A stretch of 63,759 nucleotides of DNA, counting the filler, from Gonapodya sp. JEL0774 (lineage: Eukaryota): assembly GCA_027604505.1 (NCBI GenBank). It is 32 parts of 32 records of this genome, joined end to end, with 100 filler letters (N's around TTAATTAATTAA, not from the genome) between each part and the next. Parts side by side here need not be neighbours in the genome. Positions count along the whole stretch, not along the records: positions 12,030 to 13,933 come from JADIIX010002469.1; positions 14,034 to 15,936 come from JADIIX010002470.1; positions 16,037 to 17,938 come from JADIIX010002471.1; positions 18,039 to 19,939 come from JADIIX010002472.1; positions 20,040 to 21,939 come from JADIIX010002473.1; positions 22,040 to 23,938 come from JADIIX010002474.1; 26 more parts are not named here. One strand, given 5' to 3'. Under the pieces are notes generated by a model that saw only the letters and a list, made by a program, of their open reading frames with translations, was not told where the DNA came from and made no database searches. Below are positions 12,030 through 24,038 of the stretch, in pieces. Within the stretch, counting starts at the first letter, position 1; the number at the start of each line of letters is the position of its first letter. Both the position numbers and the translations under genes were made by a program.

Positions 12030-13326
12030 TCCGCCGCTTGAGTGCGCCAGGCAGCCAATAGTTTACTGCTTCAATCCTCGCAGCAGATGAGGGATGGTCT
12101 GAGAGACAAGCAATTCGTTCCTTGTCCCCCACAAGCTCATGAAAGCGTCACCACAGAACAGGAGCTGCCGAGGGATCTGCCATAAAGGTTGTTGACCTAG
12201 CGCTGTCATTAAAGTGGTGGCTTATCGGGATGTGTCTGAAGAACATATCATAGCACGCAGCGGCAGCCAAATGCATTCCTATGTAGTCAGCCTCCGCTTC
12301 TCTGTGGACAAATGATGATTATTACAGAAAAGGAACGAAAAGTTGGTCGGTTCATTTACATTTCGCGGCTATAAGGAAGGTCGATCACTGGCGCGGTGCA
12401 ATTCGTGGTGTCAGATCCAAAATATGAAAATAATCTAGGTCATTCTCCTCACAATATTGGGACACAGCGGTTTGAGTCAAGAGAGTATGAAAACCAAGAG
12501 ACCACGACAGAGCCGCAGCCAGAATGTGGAACTTTCCAAGTGAAAACTTCTCGCTTGAATGGCGAGCGACCTGATGTGCAAGTTCATGACCCAGCACAAT
12601 GGCTAGCTCATCAACAGTGTGGATAACTTTAAATAAGCCTGTGTTAACAAATATTTTGCCACCAGGCCTGTCATTGATCCAAGAAAAGAATGTGTGCACG
12701 TCCCAATGAGAATTAGGGGGATGTTGCGCTTACAGTACAAAAGCATTCGGTTCCGCATTTTCCACGACATGAACTTTCCAGTCTAAGTTAGTCAGACCCG
12801 AGACAGGAACAAGTTGCTTAGCCTGGTGATGATGCAATTTGCAAAAGAAGAAGTTTCATGAACAATTAGTCTCAGTCTCAGCACAGAGATCTGAAGCAAT
12901 ATCAATAAGCACGCACCACTGAGTGAACCATGAGGGTCATGGGATTCCAGTCGCTCATGAAGGTATCCTTGTTTTCTTCAAGAAGTTGTTTGTACAACAC
13001 TGTTCACAGAGGCACTTGGTGATCCTTTTGAAGGAAAAACGACTGCAAGCTCCTGGGGCAAAGTTTTCTGACAGTCTGCAAGCCATTGCTCATCTTCTGG
13101 TGTAATATCCAGAAAGCGGACGCGGCCTTTGTGTGGATGTGAATCAGGTCCTAGTTTTGCGAATTCGAGGTTCACAGTCGGTTTCACTTACCAGAATGGG
13201 TACCGTACTCAAGTGCACATAGTAGTAAACGCTGGAAACAATAAAGAGGACGGTAGATATGTAGGCGACTTTGTGTAGACGTCGAGCTTGGCGCGCCTTC
13301 GTTGGATCCAGGGAGGATAACGACAT
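12030..13326 (-). CDS. OMA1: Mitochondrial metalloendopeptidase, peptidase M48 (OMA1-like)
   Basis: N-terminal TM segment and YYVHLSTVP, GRVRF, NAFVL|PGGKIFVNTGL, LAIVLGHELAHQVARH (HExxH), EAEADYIG, LSDHPS. Confidence 0.9.
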
Positions 13327-14033
13327 TCAAGAGCGAGTTTTGGTCAATCTTAGCTGGAGCACGAATCAGTTAGTACTCTAACAGAACAAACCTGATCTTC
13401 CAGAATTACTTTGCGTGCATCAGCTGGCGTCATATCGTGCGCACTGGCAACCATGGGAGACATCGTGTTGGTTGTCTACCGACGCTTGAGAGACGGCATC
13501 GAGATGATTGCAGCAATATGGAAAATTTCAGATTAGCGTATTCCCGAATATACTGGGGTATTGAGGAGATAGATGGAGTGGGTCGTCGTACGTCGAGATT
13601 CTTCTCCAGCTATTCGGCCGACACTCTGTGCGATGCACGTTGCCCGCAATAGATGGGAGTTGAGAGATCGCAGCATTTAGGATGATAAGGAGAATCAGAT
13701 GGGTGAAGCTCAAGAATCACCGGAGCGAATATACACACCGTCACGTTGTATATATGTAGATCTTTAAATACACTGCATAATGGAAACCCATGTATGCGCA
13801 CTCCCAAAGTGATCCCAGCCAAGATTCACTACATAGTCGATTCCCAGACGCTAAGCATGCAAATTGGTCTTGAGCCATTTCGTATCCAAGTCGGAAAACA
13901 CTTTTCGCGCGTTTTCCAAAGCGAGGGCTGAAANNNNNNNNNNNNNNNNNNNNNNNNNNNNNNNNNNNNNNNNNNNNTTAATTAATTAANNNNNNNNNNN
14001 NNNNNNNNNNNNNNNNNNNNNNNNNNNNNNNNN

Positions 14034-14383
14034 CATGAGTCTAAGCTGATTTTTGCCTTACTCTGGAGCCGTCTGACATCGAATGTCAAGGGTGGTTTGG
14101 GAAGGGCAGCCGGAGCATCGAACATGAGGGCCGCTCTCGGAAAGATACGTGAAACTGAATCCACCCTTTCCGAGAGGCCCATCCAAGGTCAATAGTTTGT
14201 CTTTAGGGCAGATCGGGGCTGGAAAACAGCAGCGTGGCTCTGTCAACGTTTGTCTTCGTCCGGGGAAATGGAACATCTCCACGCACGATCGCGAATTTGA
14301 GCAGCGACAAGCGTCGATCCGAGCACGATAAACAGACACCAATGAGTTCGTTTTCGTAAAGACGATTGTAAGGATTGAAGCAT
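14034..14383 (-). CDS. Putative secreted/membrane Cys-containing protein, N-terminal exons
   Basis: MLQSLQSSLRKRTHWCLFIVLGSTLVAAQIRD, then a GTGCGT...TTTTCCAG intron, the in-frame exon PPICPKD...CSGC...IRCQ, and a GTAAGG donor. Confidence 0.5.
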
Positions 14384-14484
14384 TGAATGAATTATATTGG
14401 AGTGTTTATGACCTCGTCGAGGTCTGCTCTCACTGTCCACAGCAAGTGCAGTGATTCGCTCGCACTGGCCTGGATCACTGACCC

Positions 14485-15936
14485 ATGGCTATAACGCCTG
14501 CAGAGCGCAAGCTCATACTCGCGATCTTCACGAAAAAGTTTGGTTTAACGCTTCAGAAGGATGCCATCGATGCGATTGGCGAGGTTTTGCCTTCGTTGAC
14601 CGCGGAGCGCTCGGAGGAAGATGTTTTGGAGTTCCTCGCCAAGTCCTTCGAGAAGAGGGGTGAGCATCATGAAGAATGACCCTACTTGTTCATCTTTCTT
14701 GATCGCTCACTGAGATCCGGCTGATGGTTCGGTGGAATCAATTGCAGAATCCCGAACGATAGTAACGAAAACTGCGATCCAAGAATTGATTCAAGCCTCA
14801 TTCAAGCCATCCACCAGTGGAACTCTGGCGAATAGACTATCGAAATCCGCTCCCGTGACGTTCGAGGTCAGCAGGAGTGGAACTACGGCCCCTTCAGCTG
14901 ACATGGACGAGGACTATGGAGAAGGTTTCATGCACCCAGTGGATCGAGAATCTGTAACCAACGTGGACGTTTTGTCTCGAGCTCAAATAGCTGAGCATTT
15001 TCACGTCATCGACTCGTTTTCGGTTCCGAAATTGCGATACTCTTGGAACCGCAAGACGTTCGAGCCGTGAGCATATTCGACCCGATGTTTCCGTTTATTC
15101 ATTCTTGGTGAATCGCAAGTCTTGCACCACAATAAATAGCTCTCCAATCCAGGCATCACTCTTTGCAGAAGCCGACGTCAAGTCCGGCATCTACCGAGAA
15201 CGCTACGACCTTCTTCGGCAGAGACTCCTCACGAATCCTCTCTTTCGAGACGCGTCCGCTTTCGAGAATGAAAATGTGCGAGAAGCGGAAGGGACCGTCG
15301 TGAAGGTGAAGGGGCGACATCGTATATTGTTAGATGGGACGTCTGGCCCCACCAATCATTTCCCCCACTTTCTCCGACAGCTCACCAAAGTCCATCACAT
15401 CCTGACCACCGAAGGTGGCCGATTCAATACGTTTGGCATGCTGGTGAAAATGGCTGACGGTCGATACCATCTCGAAGACCCCGACGCCAGCATTCCGCTT
15501 GAGTTTCCGATGGGCAAAGTCGGGCGCACCACAGGCATGTTCACTGAGACAACGTTTGTTCTTGTTGAAGGCGAGTGGACAGAGAGAGGGACCTTGAGAG
15601 TGGATATGATGGCTATGCCTCCGGGGGAGTCACGAGCGGAAACAGAGTAAGTCATCACCAGGTGGCCGCATGTACGATATTTCTCACCGTGTTGTCACGT
15701 GCTGCTAGTAAGCTATTTAAAAATTTTGACTTCTTTGGAGGCCCCAGGAGTACAGAATCGGAGGTAAGGTGCCCACCACCACGTCTGAGTTATACACCGA
15801 TGGTTGCCCTGATGCGTGCTTCATGTTCTCGCTCACAGGACAAGCTTTTGTTCTTGGAGAAGCGCCTCGCAGAAATTCACTTTGTGATTGTATCAGATGT
15901 ATGGTTGGACCAACCCAAAGTAAGATCTTACTCCAG
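14485..15936 (+). CDS. DPB2: DNA polymerase epsilon subunit B, partial
   Basis: IFTKKFGLTLQKDA, FHVIDSFSVPKLRY, YRERYDLLRQRL, YHLEDPDASIPL, GMFTETTFVLVEG, PPGESR, FVIVSDVWLD. Confidence 0.93.
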
Positions 15937-16036
15937 NNNNNNNNNNNNNNNNNNNNNNNNNNNNNNNNNNNNNNNNNNNNTTAATTAATTAANNNNNNNN
16001 NNNNNNNNNNNNNNNNNNNNNNNNNNNNNNNNNNNN

Positions 16037-16263
16037 GCTCGACAGCCCCACTCAGTTTCAAAAGAGCTTGAGTTTTGCACCGTGAGTTGATGATCCGTGG
16101 GCCACACTGAGTGTCGTTTCTGATTGTTTATTGTAATCCCGCAAATTATAGTTTCGTGGTGGAAGATAGCAAGTACAACTACATTTCTGGAAGATTCCCG
16201 GCAGATGCAGAATTGCTCGGCGAGAAAGCTTTGGAGTTGCTCCGTGGCCTGAAGTTGTTGTAG
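16037..16263 (+). CDS. DJ-1/PfpI (class I glutamine amidotransferase-like) protein, last two exons
   Basis: LDSPTQFQKSLSFAP|FVVEDSKYNYISGRFPADAELLGEK...* resembles the fungal ThiJ/PfpI C-terminal motif FVVED...YISARFPGDA. Confidence 0.7.
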
Positions 16264-16453
16264 GGCTACTAGGCGGATCATCGACTTGTGGAAAACCGTA
16301 TTTGCTCTGTCAATTTGTACGCGAAATTATATTGAAATTTCAAATGATGGAGGGATTTGTCAACAATACATATGCAAATGAGAGGGTTATTGCCAAAATG
16401 CGCATGCCCATCGGACCATGAATGTCCAATCAGTAAAATACTACTCGCAAAGG

Positions 16454-17938
16454 CTACTGTCGTGAAATGACAGCGATCACCTCGCCCAAAATCCTCGCAA
16501 TTTCTGGGTCCACACCCCTTCCTTCCACCAAAATTCCCACGAAAAAGTCCTCGCGCTCTCTCAGCAGTTCTCGTGCCACGCGAGACCGACTCATATCAAG
16601 CACCAAACGGGCGGACCGTTGGTGCACGGGTATCAATTCCGAGAGCTTTGCGAGCTGGGAACTCGACAGAGGAGTGAGAGGGGCCTGCGGCGCCCCGGTC
16701 ATCTTTGAACGCATCGTGTTGAGATGAAACTCTCGGAGGGCAGCATCTGTGGAGGCAGGGAACCGTATCATTCCCAACAACTGGTCGATGAATCCGGGTC
16801 GGGTCGCTAAATGGCTTTGAGGAGTGTCTCCGAGCACAGCAAAGTTGCAGATGGTCATGAGCGCCAGCTCCGCGCACGCGACATCCTCAGACGCGGTGTA
16901 TTCGTTCACTTGTTCTGGTAACGACTCCAGAACCACGTCGAGTATTGCAGGTACGACATCCGAATCCGCGAGCGCAGAGAGAGCGGCCTGGTTATCAACC
17001 AACGTAGTGAGCTTCGCAAGTCCCTCCAGCGCTGCAAAGGTGTAACCCGGGTTCTCGCTATCAACAAAGGACGCCAGCAGGAGCAGAAACTCTGCGTATG
17101 CTGATGGGTCGCTGATCGCCAGATAGCTCGTCACGTTCGAAAGAAGAACGACCAGATTTTTGCGAGATTCGAGGATGAAAGACGCTGGAACGCGACAAGA
17201 GGGGTGATTCTCCGAATCGACCGGAGTCTCACCCAGCCGAGCCGCTCGCAAAAGCACGTCCGCGAACCCCACCGTCCGTCCCATGAGGGCACCGTTCTCA
17301 CTCGCGAACGACAGGTTCCTGACGATGAGCGCCGCCGCGTCCGCTCGAGCCATTGCGTGAGCAAGGGGGTCCCCTCGATCTGTCGGACGAATTTCAACGT
17401 TCTTCACGCGAGGAGGTCCTACTGTTGCTTCGTATTGTTCCTCGAGGAGTCGAGCGTATGATTTTTCGGTAAGGGCACGCTTTGCGTCTGGTAGATCCAG
17501 CGAGGGCTGGTCGTCCGTCGGATCATTCTCCACATTAAAGCTTTTGAAAGGGTCTTCCTCCTCATCCACCTCTCTCTTCCTCTTCCGCGATTGTTCGCTC
17601 ACTCCTGAACCTTCCTTGTACTCGCTCCCTGTCCGTCCGCTATCCAAAACCGACAAGCTCTCATCCCAGACCTTGACCAACTCTACCAACACACTGGCAA
17701 AGTAAGGCAGCCTGATCACTACATCGTTGGCAGCTGATACAACTGTCATCGTCTCGAGGGCCCAATCAACCTCGGAATCCAGTCGACTCCCGAAGGCCAT
17801 TTCGATCCGGTGCATGTCGATGGGGAGGGCGAGATCCTCTTTGACACGGGGCGCAGGATCCACCACCGCTTGGGAGAGACGAACAACGTCAAGGCCACCG
17901 TACGTCTGTACTTCCATTCGTGTTGGTACGTAGAAGGG
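16454..17938 (-). CDS. SWI1: SWI/SNF subunit Swi1/Sol1/ARID1-like, C-terminal BAF250_C ARM region
   Basis: TYGGLD...IDMHRIEMAFGSRLDSEVDWALETMTVVS, IVRNLSF..EN and ALEGLAKL...DN, followed by ARM-like helices. Confidence 0.75.
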   Translation of the reverse strand, partial: PFYVPTRMEVQTYGGLDVVRLSQAVVDPAPRVKEDLALPIDMHRIEMAFGSRLDSEVDWALETMTVVSAANDVVIRLPYFASVLVELVKVWDESLSVLDSGRTGSEYKEGSGVSEQSRKRKREVDEEEDPFKSFNVENDPTDDQPSLDLPDAKRALTEKSYARLLEEQYEATVGPPRVKNVEIRPTDRGDPLAHAMARADAAALIVRNLSFASENGALMGRTVGFADVLLRAARLGETPVDSENHPSCRVPASFILESRKNLVVLLSNVTSYLAISDPSAYAEFLLLLASFVDSENPGYTFAALEGLAKLTTLVDNQAALSALADSDVVPAILDVVLESLPEQVNEYTASEDVACAELALMTICNFAVLGDTPQSHLATRPGFIDQLLGMIRFPASTDAALREFHLNTMRSKMTGAPQAPLTPLSSSQLAKLSELIPVHQRSARLVLDMSRSRVARELLREREDFFVGILVEGRGVDPEIARILGEVIAVISRQ

Positions 17939-18038
17939 NNNNNNNNNNNNNNNNNNNNNNNNNNNNNNNNNNNNNNNNNNNNTTAATTAATTAANNNNNN
18001 NNNNNNNNNNNNNNNNNNNNNNNNNNNNNNNNNNNNNN

Positions 18039-18251
18039 GCCACCCCATGCCCCGTCCCAACATGTTCCTTCCGCCGCATGCGTCGCGCCCTGGTGAACGA
18101 TCTCTCCTCCGCAACTCCCACCGGCACGTCCAGTACCTTCACACCCTCCATCGGGGATGTCGATCACTCCAAAATCATCCCCGACGAGACCACGGCTCCG
18201 CAGCTTGGCAAAGCGTTCTTCTTCGCGTGGAACGAGCCACTGATCAACTGA
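18039..18251 (+). CDS. Hypothetical protein, C-terminus
   Basis: The open frame ATPCPVPTC...FFFAWNEPLIN* runs from the contig edge and is followed by an AT-rich UTR. Confidence 0.35.
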   Translation, partial: ATPCPVPTCSFRRMRRALVNDLSSATPTGTSSTFTPSIGDVDHSKIIPDETTAPQLGKAFFFAWNEPLIN

Positions 18252-18782
18252 TTCACGTCGGCTATTATCATTTACAGTATTGAAGCGCGCATTTTAATAT
18301 TCTGCGCATGTATGTGCCCTAATAATTCGTGCATCTGTCCCTATTAATGTGTCGAACAAGCTTAGAAAGATAAACATGTATGGAAGGAATAGAATTTACC
18401 AGTAGACGAAATTCCTTTCGCCCGATCAAGCCAGAAGAAGTTCTACGCAAAATTTGAATGATCGAAAGATGCTGAGTCATGTCTGTTTTATCCTACCAAA
18501 GCGACATATTCTCGTTTTCAAGAAGTTAAGATCAGCACAATTTCAGTACTAAGGTACTACCGCTGCCGTGATCGATGATGTTGGCAACTGCTCACCACGT
18601 ACTCAGTACTCACAATGATACTCATCTGACTTATGAACTGACATGTTTGGTAATAAGGACTTATCTACTTGTACATGATCAATACATCAGATCGAATGCC
18701 CCAGTGAAAAGTCCTCCACGTCCACATCTATGATACCAAATTGCCGAGGATTTCCGCTGCCCACCACTGTGCTCCAAGGCAA

Positions 18783-19850
18783 TCACCCATTCACGACCCT
18801 CATAACACTCTCTGCAACCATGGCATACATTTTCGCACCGGTAGGCGAGCCGACCACTGTTGGTTCCGTGTCCGACTCCTTCTCGGTACAGGTTCCGCTA
18901 CACGTGTCCACACCGTGAATGTCCAGGTTCCTGATGAGCACCCTCCAGGCACGACGGCGTTCATCCAAGGTAGGCGAAGGGCGCGATGAAGATATGGTAG
19001 TGGGTGGAGATGAGCCAGAATCTTCAAATGCGGACGTGCTCGAGAGCGAACCGAGAACAACGTGCGCTGTCTGATCCTCACAGCAAGAACCCGAAGCCGG
19101 TGCGATCTCGACATTGTGTTTGATAGTGCGCTCATGTGAGTTTGTCGGGATGCGTGTCGAATCGTCGTCAAGCCACCAGGGTGGCGAGTTTGCAGAGGAT
19201 GACCCAGAAAGAGGTGTGACGGTGATTGAAACCCCGTCAAGTCTGGCGGGACGAGATGCATCACAATCACACGACAAAACTATAAGCCGTGCGGGGTAAT
19301 CCAGCTTTCTTTCTTACTCACCTGCCCCAGTTATCCATCTCCTCGAGCAGAAAATATGGCCTTCCGACATACTTCTTTCTCAGCTCGACCAAGCTCACTT
19401 CTCTCGCACCTCCTACAAGTTCCACCGGTCCCACAAACACCACGTGTCTCAGAGTCTTTATTCGCCTCAGTTGCTGGCCCCACGGTATACTGTGACCCTG
19501 GGACGCGTGGATCCAGGTCAAAGTGGTTCGTTTGATGCAGAGGTTGGCGAGGGAAAGAGAAACGAGCGAGGTGCGCACACAAGGGTGGACGAGAATTCGT
19601 TGGATGGTCGGATTACAGTCTGTAGCGTCGAATGCGGTGTTGACGGTGGTTTGGACCACGGCGAGGTGGGAGATTCGAAGTGGTGGCCGTTGAGATGATT
19701 GAATAGGGCGGTTGAGCGGGACTGGGAAGATTAAGGAGCGATTCGTAGGAGGATAGCTGGAGGACACTTCGGGCGGTGGTGACCTGCAGCTGGTCCCGGA
19801 GCTAGAACTCGGAGTACGGCCTGCTCGTTGCAGCCGGAGACGCCAGTCCT
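18783..19850 (-). CDS. Hypothetical protein (two long exons)
   Basis: ORFs 19318-19767 and 18783-19277 are separated by a GTGAGT...TAG intron-like segment. The sequence has LRR-like stretches (LVSLSLANL, LRRIKTLRHV). Confidence 0.35.
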
Positions 19851-21068
19851 CCTCCTATTGCAAAAAAAAAGGCCATTTCATTGCCTATCTTGCTTTTCGG
19901 AGCCTGCTCTTGTTATCTATCCGCCAAAACATACGTTGANNNNNNNNNNNNNNNNNNNNNNNNNNNNNNNNNNNNNNNNNNNNTTAATTAATTAANNNNN
20001 NNNNNNNNNNNNNNNNNNNNNNNNNNNNNNNNNNNNNNNTCGAAATCCTCTACAACACCTTCGTGGCACCGTTTACGGGCGCCAGGATAGAAACACCAGC
20101 ACCAGTAGCGGTGGCCGGTGGGAGTGGCACGGGAAGTGCGAGTGAGGAGCTGTGAAACCGACCAGAGCCCGTAAAAGGGCGGAGATGGACGAAAGACGGC
20201 GTGCTTGTTATACCACGTGCTTGCCTTCGAGATACATAACGTTTTTGCATTTGTACGAATGAAGTGAGGAGATATGGATGCCTGCTGGCTGCCTCCTCCA
20301 TCCATAGAAGCAACTTTGAGACTGGTATGCTGTCCCGTTAACTCGACGCCTGCAGGTCGTCAATCAGGCCCATTCGAATGGAGCCGCCCCAACTTTCATA
20401 CACCCATCTTCACCTATTGACTAAGACATCCGCCATCACTACTTCTTGAATGGGGTTTATAAGCTTAAAGCCGGTTCGGGATGATGGTGAGTTGAAGAGA
20501 ATGCAGTGACATACTTATGATCTTCGTGAATATCAGTCACTCCAACTCAACGCAGGGTGAGATGCGTTTTTCATCCGGCATGTCGGCGATCGCAAGCTAT
20601 TGTGGGAGCAGGATTTTCAATCTTCCCAGTTCCCGGTCTCGGAGAACTCCTCGCCAGACATTATATCCAATATATTTTTGAAAACGATGTACACCATCCA
20701 ATAGACAAACCATAAAAGCAGTTCTCATTCCCTCTTTCTTTCTTTACTACTGTTTGTTGAAAGCGGGCTCCGAGTATAAAAGAGAAAACAAGCACCAGAT
20801 GTTAGTAAGGAACAGCCAATTGCTGATTCTGACTATGACGTTCATACTTTAACAGGGAATTCAAAACATATTCTCACTCCGCTCTCTTGAGAATATTTTC
20901 ATCGAAAACGAGGCAGGAAGCAGATGCTGAACGGAACAGGGCGCCGCACGCTCACCGGTAGATGGTTCAGCTCCCTCACGTGATCGAGCTGACTGCCTCC
21001 CCCGCATTTTCCAAGCACGTTCGAACCAAATCATTCGACCTTCACTTTTCATTCCTCCACGAGCTCCG

Positions 21069-21939
21069 ATGCCGCTCTTATCCGCGCCGATCACGTTCCT
21101 CTCAAACATTTACTCCACCACCGCATCGTTCTGGACTTCGCTCTCCAGCAGTGCATTGGAGAAGCTGAGCACTCATGTGGGACCCACACTGGCAGCATAC
21201 ATCGTTCATGTCGGTGCAGTTCAGACTGTGTATCATGTGAGTGGAGCTCCGACCACCGTCATGATCGTATGCCAACCAGCGTTGATCGGCGGACCGTTCT
21301 CGGTGACAAGTCATTGTTCTGGCCGGTGGTGAGTTCTGCCTGAATACGTTTGATCCCCGACGTGGTGATTCGGCCAGCGCTGAACCAAGTTCCTGCAACT
21401 CCACATCTGGAAACGACTCAATGTCCACTCGAAATCCCAGTTTCTAAGCCTCCGTTATATCGACAAGCACCGCCTTCTACAAAAATACAAAATCCGACCC
21501 AATGAATGGGAAGATCCCGCAAAATTCGATGAAGTCTGGGCGGGCGTTGCTTCCTGGTCGAACCCCTGGAATCTGTTCCGGAATCAGACTTGGGCGTATT
21601 TCTTATTCTTCAGTGGGAGGGAGAGGTGAGCATTTGCACTTGTGGGGTATCTGGGACATGGTGATCTATTTCATCCACCAAAGCCGATTGTTATAGCATC
21701 ACAGACACGCCGTCATTCGGCCGACTCCTTCGAAACCTCGCCCTGGGATATATCATCAACGATGCTGGACACTATGTGTGGCACCGGTCCATGTGCGTGG
21801 TGTCACATGCATTCGATTGCTTCTCTTTTAATGTAAATGAATCGTCCACTCACAGGCACACTATTCCAAACCTCTACAAAACCGTCCACAAAGTGCATCA
21901 CGAATTTCGTGTCACCAACGTAGGTGCGGCTCAGTGGGA
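21069..21939 (+). CDS. Sterol desaturase / fatty acid hydroxylase family (ERG25-like), partial
   Basis: YID...LQKYKI, and the His box H...LYKTVHKVHHEF. Confidence 0.8.
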
Positions 21940-22039
21940 NNNNNNNNNNNNNNNNNNNNNNNNNNNNNNNNNNNNNNNNNNNNTTAATTAATTAANNNNN
22001 NNNNNNNNNNNNNNNNNNNNNNNNNNNNNNNNNNNNNNN

Positions 22040-22258
22040 CGCGACTCGCCGCTCCAATCTGTCTCCTGTCTCCTTCATTCATAGCGAACATCAATGGAGA
22101 CGGAAAAACACTCCGTACGCGTGCAAACCATCGCATTTTATCCCACTCTTCCAACGTCAGGTCTCCAAAACACGCAATTTCCCCCCGTTTTCTACAGCTT
22201 CGATAAGCTGAACGTCGTGTGTGCTGGACACGAACACGGATGGGGAGGCGCCACTCAT
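22040..22258. repeat. Near-identical copy of 35701-35912 (contig overlap / haplotype)
   Basis: About 215 bp are identical except for a 6-bp indel, a 1-bp indel and one substitution. Confidence 0.95.
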
Positions 22259-22483
22259 GGTGTTCAAACAGTGAGTTGTGTTTGAGTGGCCGCTGTCGGG
22301 TGTGAGTGACTTTGGAGCTTGTTCAAACAACCATGTTCCCGCCTCCCATGCTTTTTCAATAAAGCCGAGTTGGTCAACAATAATAGATAGCAACTGACTA
22401 TTACCGGCACTCTCGTGCCGACTTAGCTCCCACCCATGCATTTTCAATCCATTCGACATCCAGGAAAGAACCATCAACTCCTT

Positions 22484-23890
22484 CTACATTCTATCCCTCA
22501 TTCTCTCTACCGTCTCCCTCTCCTCCTCGTACTCCACCTCCACCCGTCGCCTTCCCGGTTTCAACCCGTTCGACTTGGCCCTGCTGCCCTTACCAACAGC
22601 AGGCGACCCTTTGAGGCGTTTCGAAGGAGGGCCAGTGGTGGTAGGAGTTGCGCGGGCTTTCCGTTTCGCGGGTTGGGGAAGTGCGTCGTCGCTCTCAGAT
22701 GCGGGGTCGCTCTCGTCCGATAGTCCCTCTTCCAGATCGGATATCTCGTCGAAGTCTTCCTCCACCATTTCGCTCTCATCTTCCATTTCCAGCTCGTCTT
22801 CTTGGTCGCTCTCGTCTTCTTCGTCCTCCTCCTCGAACACCACGTCGTCGGCCCCTTCGACTTCTTCTTCAGACTCTTCCAGCTCTTCATCCTCATCCTC
22901 CTTCTCTTGCTCCCGTTCTTCATCCTCCTCTTCGACGTTGTCCAGTGCACGTGAGAAGGCATTCTGGTTGACGTTTACGATGGTGTCCTGGACAGCGGTG
23001 GCGGTCCCGTGTTTGAACGTTTCAAATCGGTGTCAAGGGTCTTCGAAATGAACAGTAGCAGCCTCACCGCGCCGTAAACTCCTCCTTTCAGTCGGTCGAG
23101 GAGCTCTTTCTCAATGGACTGCTCCAACCGCGCGGCTGCCTCGGCCTTCGCCTCCCGTGACCTCTCACGCTTCTCCACCTTTTTGTGAATAGGAACTAGT
23201 TTAGGCCTAAAGGACAAGCAAGTGCGACGGTGTATCAGACGGCTCACACTTAGAGCACCCGCCGAGTGGAAACACAACTCACTTAGTTTTCAACCGCAAA
23301 CGTCGTGCTCGAATCAAGTACTGGGTTATCTTGGTCAGTCGCTGTTTGCATTTGTGAATCTGAAAGTCGGTGAAATACTCGAGGTGCTTGTCTATCTACG
23401 GCATAGGAATGGACCATTCTGTTTCATTCTGTTCATGTTGTGGTGCGAGACATGCAACGGGGCGACTCACCTGTTCCAGAGCTTGGGTATAATTTTTCGA
23501 CAGTTTTATCTTCTCCCATAATTTAGCAGGTGAGTGAGCGCGCTCGATTGTCTTGATGTACAGGTAACAAACGCCTGTTGAATGATGGTAAGTGGAGAAA
23601 TATTATCGATATACTGATGATTTGATGAAATGACAACACGAACCTTCTTTCTCCCGAACCGTTGCGTATCGCGAGTTAGCTAGCGGACAAGACTGTCTAT
23701 TGCAGAGACCTGTGACATTGTGTTCGTTCCGGCAAAAGTTCTGGGTCACTGTTCTGTTCAATCATTCGGGATGGATCGTATGATCAGAGAATGAGCGGTG
23801 ACGGGGATGGCGATAAGCTTGAACAGACTTGACTTTGAAAGAGCAGAACTGCTGGTTGATGACCTGCCATATGACTTCGTCGTGTTGCAT
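22484..23890 (-). CDS. MAK16: Ribosome biogenesis protein MAK16
   Basis: [59 protein letters not shown], acidic tail and VEVEYEEE. Confidence 0.97.
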
Positions 23891-24038
23891 TGTCGTGATA
23901 GGGTGGAAGGGAGAAAGCGAGCTGGTGGTCCGTGCGCGNNNNNNNNNNNNNNNNNNNNNNNNNNNNNNNNNNNNNNNNNNNNTTAATTAATTAANNNNNN
24001 NNNNNNNNNNNNNNNNNNNNNNNNNNNNNNNNNNNNNN

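Noticed and set aside
14140..14235. CCFPAP...LGKGGFSFTYL resembling an Env7/STK16 kinase Gly-loop
   Set aside because: There is no VAIK-type lysine motif downstream. The CCFP codons coincide with an intron pyrimidine tract/acceptor (TTTTCCAG), and a signal-peptide gene model fits better.
19485..19520. WIHASQGHSI resembling the Tpt1/KptA IRAxQGHS motif
   Set aside because: The catalytic Arg is absent, and no HGT or RxHIH motifs follow. Likely chance.
20040..20430. Minus-strand ORFs divergent from the sterol desaturase
   Set aside because: There are three competing frames with no recognisable motif or consistent splice model, so no call can be supported.
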